A DNA stretch of 32,496 bases, from IMG/VR virus record IMGVR_UViG_3300012940_000068, positions 1 to 32,496 of that record; one strand, written 5' to 3'. Shown piece after piece: positions 25,328 to 32,496 of this stretch. The number at the start of each line of letters is the position of its first letter. The stretch's first letter is position 1. The position numbers and the translations under genes are program-made. The notes beneath the pieces were generated by a model. It was not told the origin of the DNA. It saw nothing but the letters and a program-made list of their open reading frames with translations, and ran no database searches. Origin of the DNA: a virus. Lineage: Duplodnaviria > Caudoviricetes.

Positions 25328-25899
25328 CATGCCTCTCCTGGCTCACTGGATAGCGGGGCCATCCCGGCAATCGTTTCCGCCCATATTCGGGTGCGTTTAC
25401 GGTTGGTGTCCCGTGCAAGTTTGCGCAAGAGGAAGAGGTCGAGTAGCCACCAAATGCCAGCGCCACCGAGGGTCAATGTTTGGATAACAGCGGATCGCTT
25501 CAACCCGAAGTAATACCGGTGACCACCGAGGAGCCCAAAGAACATCCAGAAGATGAAGCCAACGAACGCGGATCGATCGGCTGGCATTGGGGCAATGAGC
25601 TGCCTACGTGCGAATTCCTCGTCGGTAAGCTGCTGGAGTGAAATGAGGAGTGGATCGGACGGAAGGTCATGGAGAGATTGGCGTGCAGTCGATGCCGCTC
25701 CCCGCTTCCCTGAACGCTTTCCACCCTGGGCGACATAGGAAATGCCAGTGCCGGGGATTGACGCGGTTACGCGAGTGCCCCGCGGCCCTGTGCCGACACG
25801 AAAGCCCTTGACGCCGTAACTCGTGCCAATTCCGCGCTTGCTGAGGTTGATCCGCATGTGCTTGCCCACACGGATGCTCTTGCTAAAGCGGAAGCCCAT
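25327..25899 (-). CDS. DUF4236 + TM2-domain membrane protein
   Basis: MGFRFSKSIRVG..RINLSK.GIG.S.G..G.R...GPRG....SIPGTGISY (DUF4236); FWMFFGLLGGHRYYFG..TLGGAGIWWLLDLFLL (TM2). Confidence 0.88.
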   Translation of the reverse strand: MGFRFSKSIRVGKHMRINLSKRGIGTSYGVKGFRVGTGPRGTRVTASIPGTGISYVAQGGKRSGKRGAASTARQSLHDLPSDPLLISLQQLTDEEFARRQLIAPMPADRSAFVGFIFWMFFGLLGGHRYYFGLKRSAVIQTLTLGGAGIWWLLDLFLLRKLARDTNRKRTRIWAETIAGMAPLSSEPGEA

Positions 25900-25989
25900 A
25901 CTACTCCCCTTCGAATGGCGCCATTGTAAGGCATCGCGGGGGCGGGATGATTATTGACCGGGATACAAGGCCGCCATTTAACCGTCTAC

Positions 25990-26018
25990 TTGCAGTGACA
26001 GTGCAGACCATATAGAAT
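25990..26018 (+). promoter_or_regulatory. Sigma70-type promoter, rightward half of a divergent region
   Basis: TTGCAG 25990-25995, 17-bp spacer, TAGAAT 26013-26018; a leftward TACAAT lies at 25923-25928 on the - strand. Confidence 0.65.
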
Positions 26019-26073
26019 CCGCGCCATTCAACGGTTTACGTCAATCGGACTGGCCCAATGGGGAGGGCGCATC

Positions 26074-26286
26074 ATGGCCAAGGACAAGTGCCGGGATTGC
26101 AAAAAGTGCACCGAGCGTGGGATCGTGAAGCTCGTGAAGAAGACTGCAAATACGGCACTTATCGCAGGAACGCTGGGTGGATCAGCGGTGGGAGCGAAGG
26201 CCGTGAAGGGTCTGCGCCAGATCTGCCCGGTCTGCGGCCACCCGATTACAACGCATGAGCTTGTGGATGGCCGATTCAAGGACTAA
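26074..26286 (+). CDS. Small Cys-rich protein with a central hydrophobic Gly-rich helix (70 aa)
   Basis: GGAGG RBS; CRDCKKC...CPVCGH....H. Confidence 0.75.
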   Translation: MAKDKCRDCKKCTERGIVKLVKKTANTALIAGTLGGSAVGAKAVKGLRQICPVCGHPITTHELVDGRFKD

Positions 26287-26289
26287 CAC

Positions 26290-26508
26290 ATGAGTCGAGG
26301 GCGGAAGACACTCATCGCGTTATCACTGTTGGGATCGTTGGTGATCGCGGCGTTCACCGTGCTCGCCATGGGGAATGCTCGCGTCTGGCTCGATGAAGCG
26401 GCAATCATGTCGGCTACGGATGCACGGGTGGTGTTTTATGGAGCAATCGTCGCCTGTGGATTGCTGCTCATTGGAATGATTGCAACACTAACGGCACCCA
26501 GAACGTGA
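26290..26508 (+). CDS. Small two-TM membrane protein (72 aa)
   Basis: AAGGA RBS; two hydrophobic segments. Confidence 0.75.
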   Translation: MSRGRKTLIALSLLGSLVIAAFTVLAMGNARVWLDEAAIMSATDARVVFYGAIVACGLLLIGMIATLTAPRT

Positions 26509-26511
26509 ATC

Positions 26512-26533
26512 GCCGGGTTTGTAAAAACCCGGC
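26512..26533 (+). terminator. Hairpin directly after the small membrane gene
   Basis: GCCGGGTTT-GTAA-AAACCCGGC; no U tract. Confidence 0.45.
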
Positions 26534-26730
26534 AGCGTTGCACGCCCATAGCAAAACTCCCCGTCGTCGGTTGATAGCGGGGTTTTGCGGGTATTCTCGA
26601 CAACCCGCAATCCTTACAGAAACGATTAGCGACCGTATTGCGATATACGTAGCTATTCGCTATACATATATCAGCGTATCCGTGTAGACTAATCCGCTGT
26701 GCAATCTTGCACGAAACACGAGTGCTGGTC

Positions 26731-27090
26731 GTGCTTAACAACGACGTATTGCTTTCACTCATTCAGCAAGCGGTCCTCGCCGGCAACTACTTTGTTCGAG
26801 CCCACACCTTTCAAAGACATGGGCTTGAAGGTTTCACGTCAGATGACGTGAAGAATGCCATCGTTAACGGGGAGATCGTTAGTCGCCGCGATGATGAAAC
26901 AAAGTGCGTTATTTGTGGCACATCATCCGCGCTCGCAGAGCGGCCCGGGTTTCTGGGACGTTATATCCATTGTGTCGCCCATTGGGATGACATCAAAATG
27001 ATCGTCATCTGGACGGCCTATCGTCCCCAGGCGTCAATTTGGGCGACGCCGTTTGAACGGCATCCGGAGGTTAGAGAGGGAACACCGTGA
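26731..27090 (+). CDS. DUF4258-family protein (putative RNase toxin); start uncertain (26707-26731)
   Basis: YFVRAHTFQR...DDVKNAIVNGEIV...IHCV...IVIWTAYRP..W pattern. Confidence 0.75.
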   Translation: MLNNDVLLSLIQQAVLAGNYFVRAHTFQRHGLEGFTSDDVKNAIVNGEIVSRRDDETKCVICGTSSALAERPGFLGRYIHCVAHWDDIKMIVIWTAYRPQASIWATPFERHPEVREGTP

Positions 27091-27395
27091 TGAACCTCGA
27101 CATTCTAGAGCAGGCTGTTGGCTGCCCGTCGTGCCGAACAGAAATGAAGTCTGTTCGCGGTACGTTGCGATTCGAGGATGACGGGATTGGGATTGAAGTT
27201 TCCAACGTGCCCATGCTTCGGTGCGAATCCTGCGGCGAGGAGTTCGTCCCCGGACCGATATCCGAGGTGATCAGCAAGTTTGTCAATGACTTAGCTGACG
27301 AGGCGCGAAATGCTCCGATTGAAAATACCGAACTGAAGACCAACTATCAGGGACACGTTCCTGATCTTGTGGGCGCGCCTGTCTACGCCGATTAG
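27090..27395 (+). CDS. YgiT-type (MqsA N-terminal-like) zinc-finger protein
   Basis: CPSCRTEM...IEVSNVPMLRCESCGEEF; coupled to the DUF4258 gene; no HTH. Confidence 0.85.
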   Translation: MNLDILEQAVGCPSCRTEMKSVRGTLRFEDDGIGIEVSNVPMLRCESCGEEFVPGPISEVISKFVNDLADEARNAPIENTELKTNYQGHVPDLVGAPVYAD

Positions 27396-27482
27396 CAATA
27401 CTCCAAGATAACAGCGATTGAACGAGGATGGTGGTGTTCGCCGTCCTCGTTCGTTCCCTCAGACGCCCCAACCACCCTCCGC

Positions 27483-27563
27483 TATACTGCTGAGTGAAAC
27501 CACACGCCCCAGGCTGCCGGGCGTCAGGGTGGCGATGCCGCTTGACGTATCTGGAGCCATTAC
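27483..27563 (+). promoter_or_regulatory. Putative -10 box and structured leader restarting tail-tip transcription
   Basis: TATACT 27483-27488; overlapping hairpins; GGAG at 27553-27556. Confidence 0.45.
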
Positions 27564-29960
27564 ATGCGGGCAGTCTCATTCGGCGGGGTAGCGTTCAACT
27601 CGTTTGGGCTCGGCTTCGGCATTGTGCGGGGCCTGCCGGGAGAGGATCGTTCCCCCTCATGGCTCCAGCGGCGGGGCGGCGGGCCACTGTCGGCCGGGAT
27701 TGGCCGCAATGGCCGATCGATCCCGATGCAGTTCCATGCCCCGCTCGCCGGCGGCGTCAGTGACGACGATGTAGAGGCCCGGCTCCTGCGCCTGCTTGGC
27801 TCGCTCGATCTTTCCCAGGACGATCCCAAACCGTTAGTGGCCGAAATCGACATAGACACCGATAACGACGGGTTCGTGGACACGACCGAAACCGTTTCAG
27901 TCGCGGCCTATGTCGGCACCTACGCGTGGAAGGACGGCGGCGCCAAAATGCTGACCGTGACGTTCGTGACGAACGATCCGGTTTGGCGCGTGCTCACGGC
28001 CTCGACCGACAGCGGCAACATGATCGCGAGCTCCGGGGCATCGTTTAGCGTGATCAATGCCGGGCTCGCTCCGGCATACCCGATTTACAAAGTCGGTTGG
28101 ACCGTGCAACGTTCCGGCAGCGCCGAAACCGTCGGGTGGCGCTACCGACGGCGTGTCACCCTCGCGAACAGTTCGCCCCGAACCGAGTACCGTGAAACCC
28201 GCTTTATCGACCTCGGGGACACCGCCACGCTGGTCTCGAATAGCAAGGCGCGGACCGATGGCAACGATCTGCGAATCCGGCTCAATGGACGCGAACTGCC
28301 CCGTACGCTGATGAACTGGAACACCCTTCGCACGTTCGTGGCGGTCGTGGTCACGATTCCCGCAAACAACAGCATTACGCTCGATATCGTCTACGGAAAC
28401 CCCAATGCCGGGAGTCCTGAAACGCTGAATGCGCTGGGCGGCGCCCGGCGGCGCACGGATCTCTTCACCGCGATCGATTGCTACGCCGTCAGCGGTACCG
28501 CGACCAGCGGGGGAAGCAACACCCTCACGTGCTCGGCATTGTCGATGGTGACCAACCGGTTCCGGGGCGGATTCATGCAAATCGTCGGCGGTACCGGTGT
28601 CGGACAGCGCCGCCGGTTGAGCGCAAATACCGCCACGCAGTTCACGACGACGCGGAACTGGACGACGAACCCGAATAGCACGAGCGTGTTCGTCGTCTGG
28701 TGCTCCGGGTATTACGTCGATGGCGGATCGGTCAGTTCCGCAACATCGACGTCACTCACGGACTCGTCACAGACCTATGGCCCGAATGCCCTGATCGGCG
28801 GCACGGTCACGGTGCCGTCCACCGGAGATGTCCGGCGGATCATTGGCAACACCGCCACTCGGATCGATATCGATGCGGCATGGAGCTCGGCCCCGACCAC
28901 GACCACGCCGTATTACGTGGAGCGTCCGGGCGTGCATCGCTACGCGGTGGACAAGACCGTCAAGCGGGCGACAGACGATGTGTGGCTCGGTACCTGGTAC
29001 CAGGATGCACGCTATACCGCCCCCGGGGTGATCCAGACCGCCGCCGATGGCATCGCCAACGCCTGGCAACCGTACTTGCTTCTGCGGAACAATGACGCCT
29101 ACGCCCAAAAATCCACGACCCCGTTCGACGTCGGCGGCGGCGATATCGATTACTTCAATGGGCTTGATGTCAACCGAGGCCCCGGTCGCGACACGCCGTT
29201 CAAGGAACAAGGGGCTGCGGATGGGATCACGATCACGCACGCGCACGGGTACGACGCCGCTTATCTCGATTACCACTACCTCAACCCGAGCGGGATTGCA
29301 GCCGCGACATTTCGCCTGCGAACCGACGGCGGGCTCGAGTGGCAACCGCTCTTCACCGATACCACGACCTATGCGTCTCTCACCGCGGTAGCGGCCGCGT
29401 GGTATGACCTGACCTTCAACGACGAGGTTGGGCTGCATCTATACCTCGGACTGTTGCCCGCCGACGAGGTCGAGATTCCGTCGACCGTGTCATCGACCAC
29501 CGTTGCGACGGTGCGCACCTATCAGCGACTTGAGGTCTTCACGCATCTCGCAACGCAATCGATCGGGGCAATCTCGTCCGAGCAGGAGGTCTATGACCTT
29601 CAGGCGGTGCTCCAAATCGCGGCGTTGACGGCCGACCCGCCGTACGACCAGGTGGTCTTGGGAGGACCTGGTCACTGGCTACATTTGGAAGCGACCGAAG
29701 AAATCTGGTTGCGTACCGATCCCGACAGTACCGATCCCATCCTCGGCATCTACGACGCCGGCACCGGCGTTTTGATTCGCCCGGCTCCATGGGCGGGGAT
29801 CGTCCAGCGGGTCACCACCGATATCAACGGCGACACGATCGCGGTCGTCTCCAACCGATTCGCGCCGCTCGCGAACGGAACGAATGAGATCGTCGTTTTC
29901 GAGGAGCAGATCGGCACGCTGCTCGTCGGGCTCGAATGGATCGAGGGCTATCCAGCCTAA
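27564..29960 (+). CDS. Distal tail (Dit-like) protein with inserted DUF2341-like and beta-repeat modules (798 aa)
   Basis: First structural gene after the tape measure; TVTFVTNDPVW, VINAG..PAYPI, LANGTNEI Dit-like motifs; WRYRRRVTL..DGNDLRI..IVYGNPNA DUF2341-like. Confidence 0.7.
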   Translation: MRAVSFGGVAFNSFGLGFGIVRGLPGEDRSPSWLQRRGGGPLSAGIGRNGRSIPMQFHAPLAGGVSDDDVEARLLRLLGSLDLSQDDPKPLVAEIDIDTDNDGFVDTTETVSVAAYVGTYAWKDGGAKMLTVTFVTNDPVWRVLTASTDSGNMIASSGASFSVINAGLAPAYPIYKVGWTVQRSGSAETVGWRYRRRVTLANSSPRTEYRETRFIDLGDTATLVSNSKARTDGNDLRIRLNGRELPRTLMNWNTLRTFVAVVVTIPANNSITLDIVYGNPNAGSPETLNALGGARRRTDLFTAIDCYAVSGTATSGGSNTLTCSALSMVTNRFRGGFMQIVGGTGVGQRRRLSANTATQFTTTRNWTTNPNSTSVFVVWCSGYYVDGGSVSSATSTSLTDSSQTYGPNALIGGTVTVPSTGDVRRIIGNTATRIDIDAAWSSAPTTTTPYYVERPGVHRYAVDKTVKRATDDVWLGTWYQDARYTAPGVIQTAADGIANAWQPYLLLRNNDAYAQKSTTPFDVGGGDIDYFNGLDVNRGPGRDTPFKEQGAADGITITHAHGYDAAYLDYHYLNPSGIAAATFRLRTDGGLEWQPLFTDTTTYASLTAVAAAWYDLTFNDEVGLHLYLGLLPADEVEIPSTVSSTTVATVRTYQRLEVFTHLATQSIGAISSEQEVYDLQAVLQIAALTADPPYDQVVLGGPGHWLHLEATEEIWLRTDPDSTDPILGIYDAGTGVLIRPAPWAGIVQRVTTDINGDTIAVVSNRFAPLANGTNEIVVFEEQIGTLLVGLEWIEGYPA

Positions 29961-29970
29961 GGGGGCCGTG

Positions 29971-31716
29971 GTGGCGATTGCGAATGATGCCCTGGTCACA
30001 ATCAGCAAGCCCGGATGGGTCAATCCGCGCCCGGTGCTTATGTCCGGCATCGTTGCTACGTGGGTGATCAATCAGGCTGGAACGTTTTCCGGTCTGCTTC
30101 CTACCAGCGATGCGCTCGCGCTGGGATACACCGACCTGATCGGGAGCTGGCTGTATTACGAGCATTCATCCGGACGCATTTGGAGCGGCGTCATTCAGGA
30201 CGAACCGTCCGATCTAAGTGGTGGCACCGTCGAAATCGCCGCGGCAACGATGCACGCGCTGCTGATGACCCGAGTGGCGCCAATCATCTATTCACCGCTG
30301 AGCGGTCATGCCGGCGCGCTGGCGCGCCGCTCGATCACGGACGTGCAAACGGCCGATCCGCTGCCGTTTCGCGGGATATCGGCGGACGAGACCGGACCCA
30401 TCATTGAAATCGAGTCCCGCGGCACGACCATCTACGACACGTTGACCGACCTGGCGGGTCAGAGCGGCCAGGAGTACGACATCACCGTCGATCGCGCGCG
30501 GAACATTGATTTTCAATGGGTGGTGCGCCTCGGGGAGGATAAGACCGACCGTGTGTTGCTGGCCGAGGGCTACCAGATCGTCGGCGGTCGCATCGACCGG
30601 AGCCTGCCGTCGGTCACCAATGACATCATCGGCGTAGCGGCTAACGACGATTACGCCCGTTCGTCCACCGTGCGCCTCGAAGCATCCGCGAGCCTGTCGC
30701 GATTTGGTCGTCAGCAGTCGATCCGGCGCTACGACGGCGTCGTTTCCGCCAGCGCGATTCGGGCGAAAGTCCGCAACGATCTCATGACCGAGCGGGATGG
30801 CGTCTATCTCCCGACCATCACCGTGCCATCGAGTCACCCGATCGTCGCCGATATCCAGCTCGGCGACACGGTTCGCTACTGGTCCCAGGGCAAAAATCGC
30901 GAGCTCGATTACACCGTCAAGTCGATCACCGTGCGCGATACAGGCACGGTCGAATTGGCCGGGGTCGCCACGGAGGTGCGCGTGCCACAGATATCGGCAG
31001 GATTTCGTCCGGATCTCTTGAGCGGGCTGCTCGCCTGGTACGACGCCGCGGATGCGTCGACGATCGAGCTCTACGCGGGCGTCAATCGCGAGGTGCAGAC
31101 GTGGAACGATAAATCCGGGAACGACCTCCACCTCTGGACGCTCTTTCCGCTGGTCAATTTGACGCCGACCTACGAGCCGTACACGCTCAACGGGCGGTCC
31201 GCCATCCGGATGGGGGCCAATCGCCAGATGCGCTCGCCGAGCATCGATCTCTCAAGCACCACCGGGCTCACGATCTTCGTGGTGGCAAAGCGGAGCGGGA
31301 CAAGCGATTCGGTCGTCGGCATTGAAGGAAATCTCCAACGACACTATCTCGGGGTGGCGGGATCGGACCAGATTACCGGTACGCTGGAGGGGAATGTCGG
31401 CACATCGAGTTATCGGCACGCAAACGCCTGGGGCGCCAGCGTATTCCATGTGGTCTCCATGATCAGCGATACGACGCTCGGGGCTGACGAAGTGACGGTT
31501 TTCGACAACGGCGTGTCGAATGGGATGCGGCCAGACAACGCCAATAACACCGGCGGGTTCGGAGCGACGTCGGTCATTTTCGTCGGGTACAGCGCAAACT
31601 CGTTTGATGTTTGGGACGGCGATATCGCCGAGATCGTGATCTACCAGCGAGCGTTGCCAGCCGATCAGCGTATGGCCGTGGAATCGTATCTGCGCCGGAA
31701 ATGGGGGCTGGCATGA
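29971..31716 (+). CDS. Tail-tip hub protein with a C-terminal LamG/concanavalin-like domain
   Basis: N-terminal hub pattern (IWSGVIQD, IQLGDTVRY); LLAWYDAAD..VQTWNDKSGN..GDIAEIVIYQRAL..VESYLRRKWG. Confidence 0.78.
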   Translation: MAIANDALVTISKPGWVNPRPVLMSGIVATWVINQAGTFSGLLPTSDALALGYTDLIGSWLYYEHSSGRIWSGVIQDEPSDLSGGTVEIAAATMHALLMTRVAPIIYSPLSGHAGALARRSITDVQTADPLPFRGISADETGPIIEIESRGTTIYDTLTDLAGQSGQEYDITVDRARNIDFQWVVRLGEDKTDRVLLAEGYQIVGGRIDRSLPSVTNDIIGVAANDDYARSSTVRLEASASLSRFGRQQSIRRYDGVVSASAIRAKVRNDLMTERDGVYLPTITVPSSHPIVADIQLGDTVRYWSQGKNRELDYTVKSITVRDTGTVELAGVATEVRVPQISAGFRPDLLSGLLAWYDAADASTIELYAGVNREVQTWNDKSGNDLHLWTLFPLVNLTPTYEPYTLNGRSAIRMGANRQMRSPSIDLSSTTGLTIFVVAKRSGTSDSVVGIEGNLQRHYLGVAGSDQITGTLEGNVGTSSYRHANAWGASVFHVVSMISDTTLGADEVTVFDNGVSNGMRPDNANNTGGFGATSVIFVGYSANSFDVWDGDIAEIVIYQRALPADQRMAVESYLRRKWGLA

Positions 31717-32300
31717 CCCCACCACAACGCCGGGTCGTGTCTCCTAGTCGTGCGACGGATGAATTTGCCGCGCGTCGGCTCGGGTACAAGCCCCAATCCG
31801 AGATCGAGCGGGAGCGGGAACAGCAGAGTCGGTACATCGACGACAAGACCCGACGGGCCACGATATTGCCAACCCGCGGGCTTCTCTTTTACCGCGAGGC
31901 AGCCGGGAATGGCACCCAGGTGATGCGCCGCGCACCGGTTTTGCCATCGTCAGCGATAACGACCGCCGTCAGGTATCCGTTCGGCGCCGCCGGGCGCATC
32001 ATTGGAGCGTCTCTCTGGGTTAACGCCGCCTGGGCCACGGGCACCGCGGTGTTGCAGGTGCGCGTGAGCAAGAGTGGCGGATCGGAAACGGTCTACACGA
32101 TCGCTGATTGCGTGATCGATGGAGCGACGGTCGACGGGCATGCCCGCACGCAATCAGCGGAATGGCTCTGCCCCGTTGCGAATGGCATTTCGTTCGCCAA
32201 GGGTGACGAGATGCGGGTGTCGGTATCGGTCTCGAGTTGGACCGGCACGCCGGATTGGGGAGCAGAAGTCCTCGTTGCCTATGATGGGTTGTCAGGCTAA
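31713..32300 (+). CDS. Hypothetical beta-rich tail protein (195 aa)
   Basis: ATGA overlap; C-terminal domain resembles 13066-13491. Confidence 0.7.
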   Translation: MTPPQRRVVSPSRATDEFAARRLGYKPQSEIEREREQQSRYIDDKTRRATILPTRGLLFYREAAGNGTQVMRRAPVLPSSAITTAVRYPFGAAGRIIGASLWVNAAWATGTAVLQVRVSKSGGSETVYTIADCVIDGATVDGHARTQSAEWLCPVANGISFAKGDEMRVSVSVSSWTGTPDWGAEVLVAYDGLSG

Positions 32301-32458
32301 TGACCCGCTCCCCGCTCCGTTGCCCGCACTGCAAGGCGCAGATCGGCTGGCGCCGGGATACCACGCCGCTGGTCTTTCCGCGGGTTAAGATCAGTGAGTA
32401 TACAGACGATGGGGCCACCGTGTATGTCTGCCCGGAGTGCGGGTACGAAAAGCGGTAG
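32300..32458 (+). CDS. Small zinc-ribbon protein not in the ORF track (MTRSPLRCPHCKAQIGW...YVCPECGYEKR, 52 aa)
   Basis: Read by hand; TAATG coupling; two CPxC motifs. Confidence 0.7.
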   Translation: MTRSPLRCPHCKAQIGWRRDTTPLVFPRVKISEYTDDGATVYVCPECGYEKR

Positions 32459-32496
32459 GAGCCGGAGCAGCGGGAAAGGCACAAAACGGCGTAGGA

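Larger units (their letters stand above)
1..32496 (+). mobile_element. Tailed phage/prophage segment (siphovirus-like, HK97-type head); both ends lie outside the window
   Basis: Canonical gene order terS-terL-portal-protease-capsid-connector-neck-tail tube-chaperones-tape measure-tail tip; no sheath gene; no att site or integrase seen. Confidence 0.97.

Noticed and set aside
30990-31716. Diversity-generating retroelement target in the tail-tip gene
   Set aside because: No reverse transcriptase and no template/variable repeat pair differing at adenines seen in the window
636-31725. Many long antisense or alternate-frame ORFs (e.g. 636-1490, 7836-8753, 11813-12727, 19392-20372, 30292-31131)
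   Set aside because: Shadow ORFs of high-GC coding sequence; no RBS or recognisable motifs, and they overlap well-supported genes

Overview
This window is a contiguous part of a GC-rich tailed (siphovirus-type) phage or prophage genome, almost all on the + strand. It runs from small early/middle genes (RusA-like resolvase, about 18 short hypotheticals) through DNA packaging, head, an accessory head-region module containing an SGNH esterase, connector/neck and tail genes. The tail region includes a -1 frameshifted chaperone pair, a 1249-aa tape measure, and distal tail/tail-tip genes. A ~3 kb accessory island sits between the tape measure and distal tail genes (secreted protein, DUF4236-TM2, small membrane proteins, DUF4258 + YgiT zinc-finger pair). 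No integrase, repressor or lysis gene is recognisable. The strongest unexplained signal is a layer of structured RNA leaders. Two homologous leaders precede the capsid and neck/tail operons. Each has a -10 box, a 5-bp hairpin with loop CUNAUCGC, and an 18-bp terminator. Each loop is complementary to its own terminator 5' arm, with a compensatory base change between copies. Further switch-like leaders precede terS, the tail chaperone (perfect 13-nt anti-RBS) and the distal tail gene. Three Com-like zinc-ribbon mini-genes sit at module boundaries and are candidate RNA-binding effectors. Other oddities are a terminase large subunit split into two genes, a portal-MuF fusion and a eukaryote-like C2H2 zinc finger. 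All family calls come from motif recognition by eye, not database searches.
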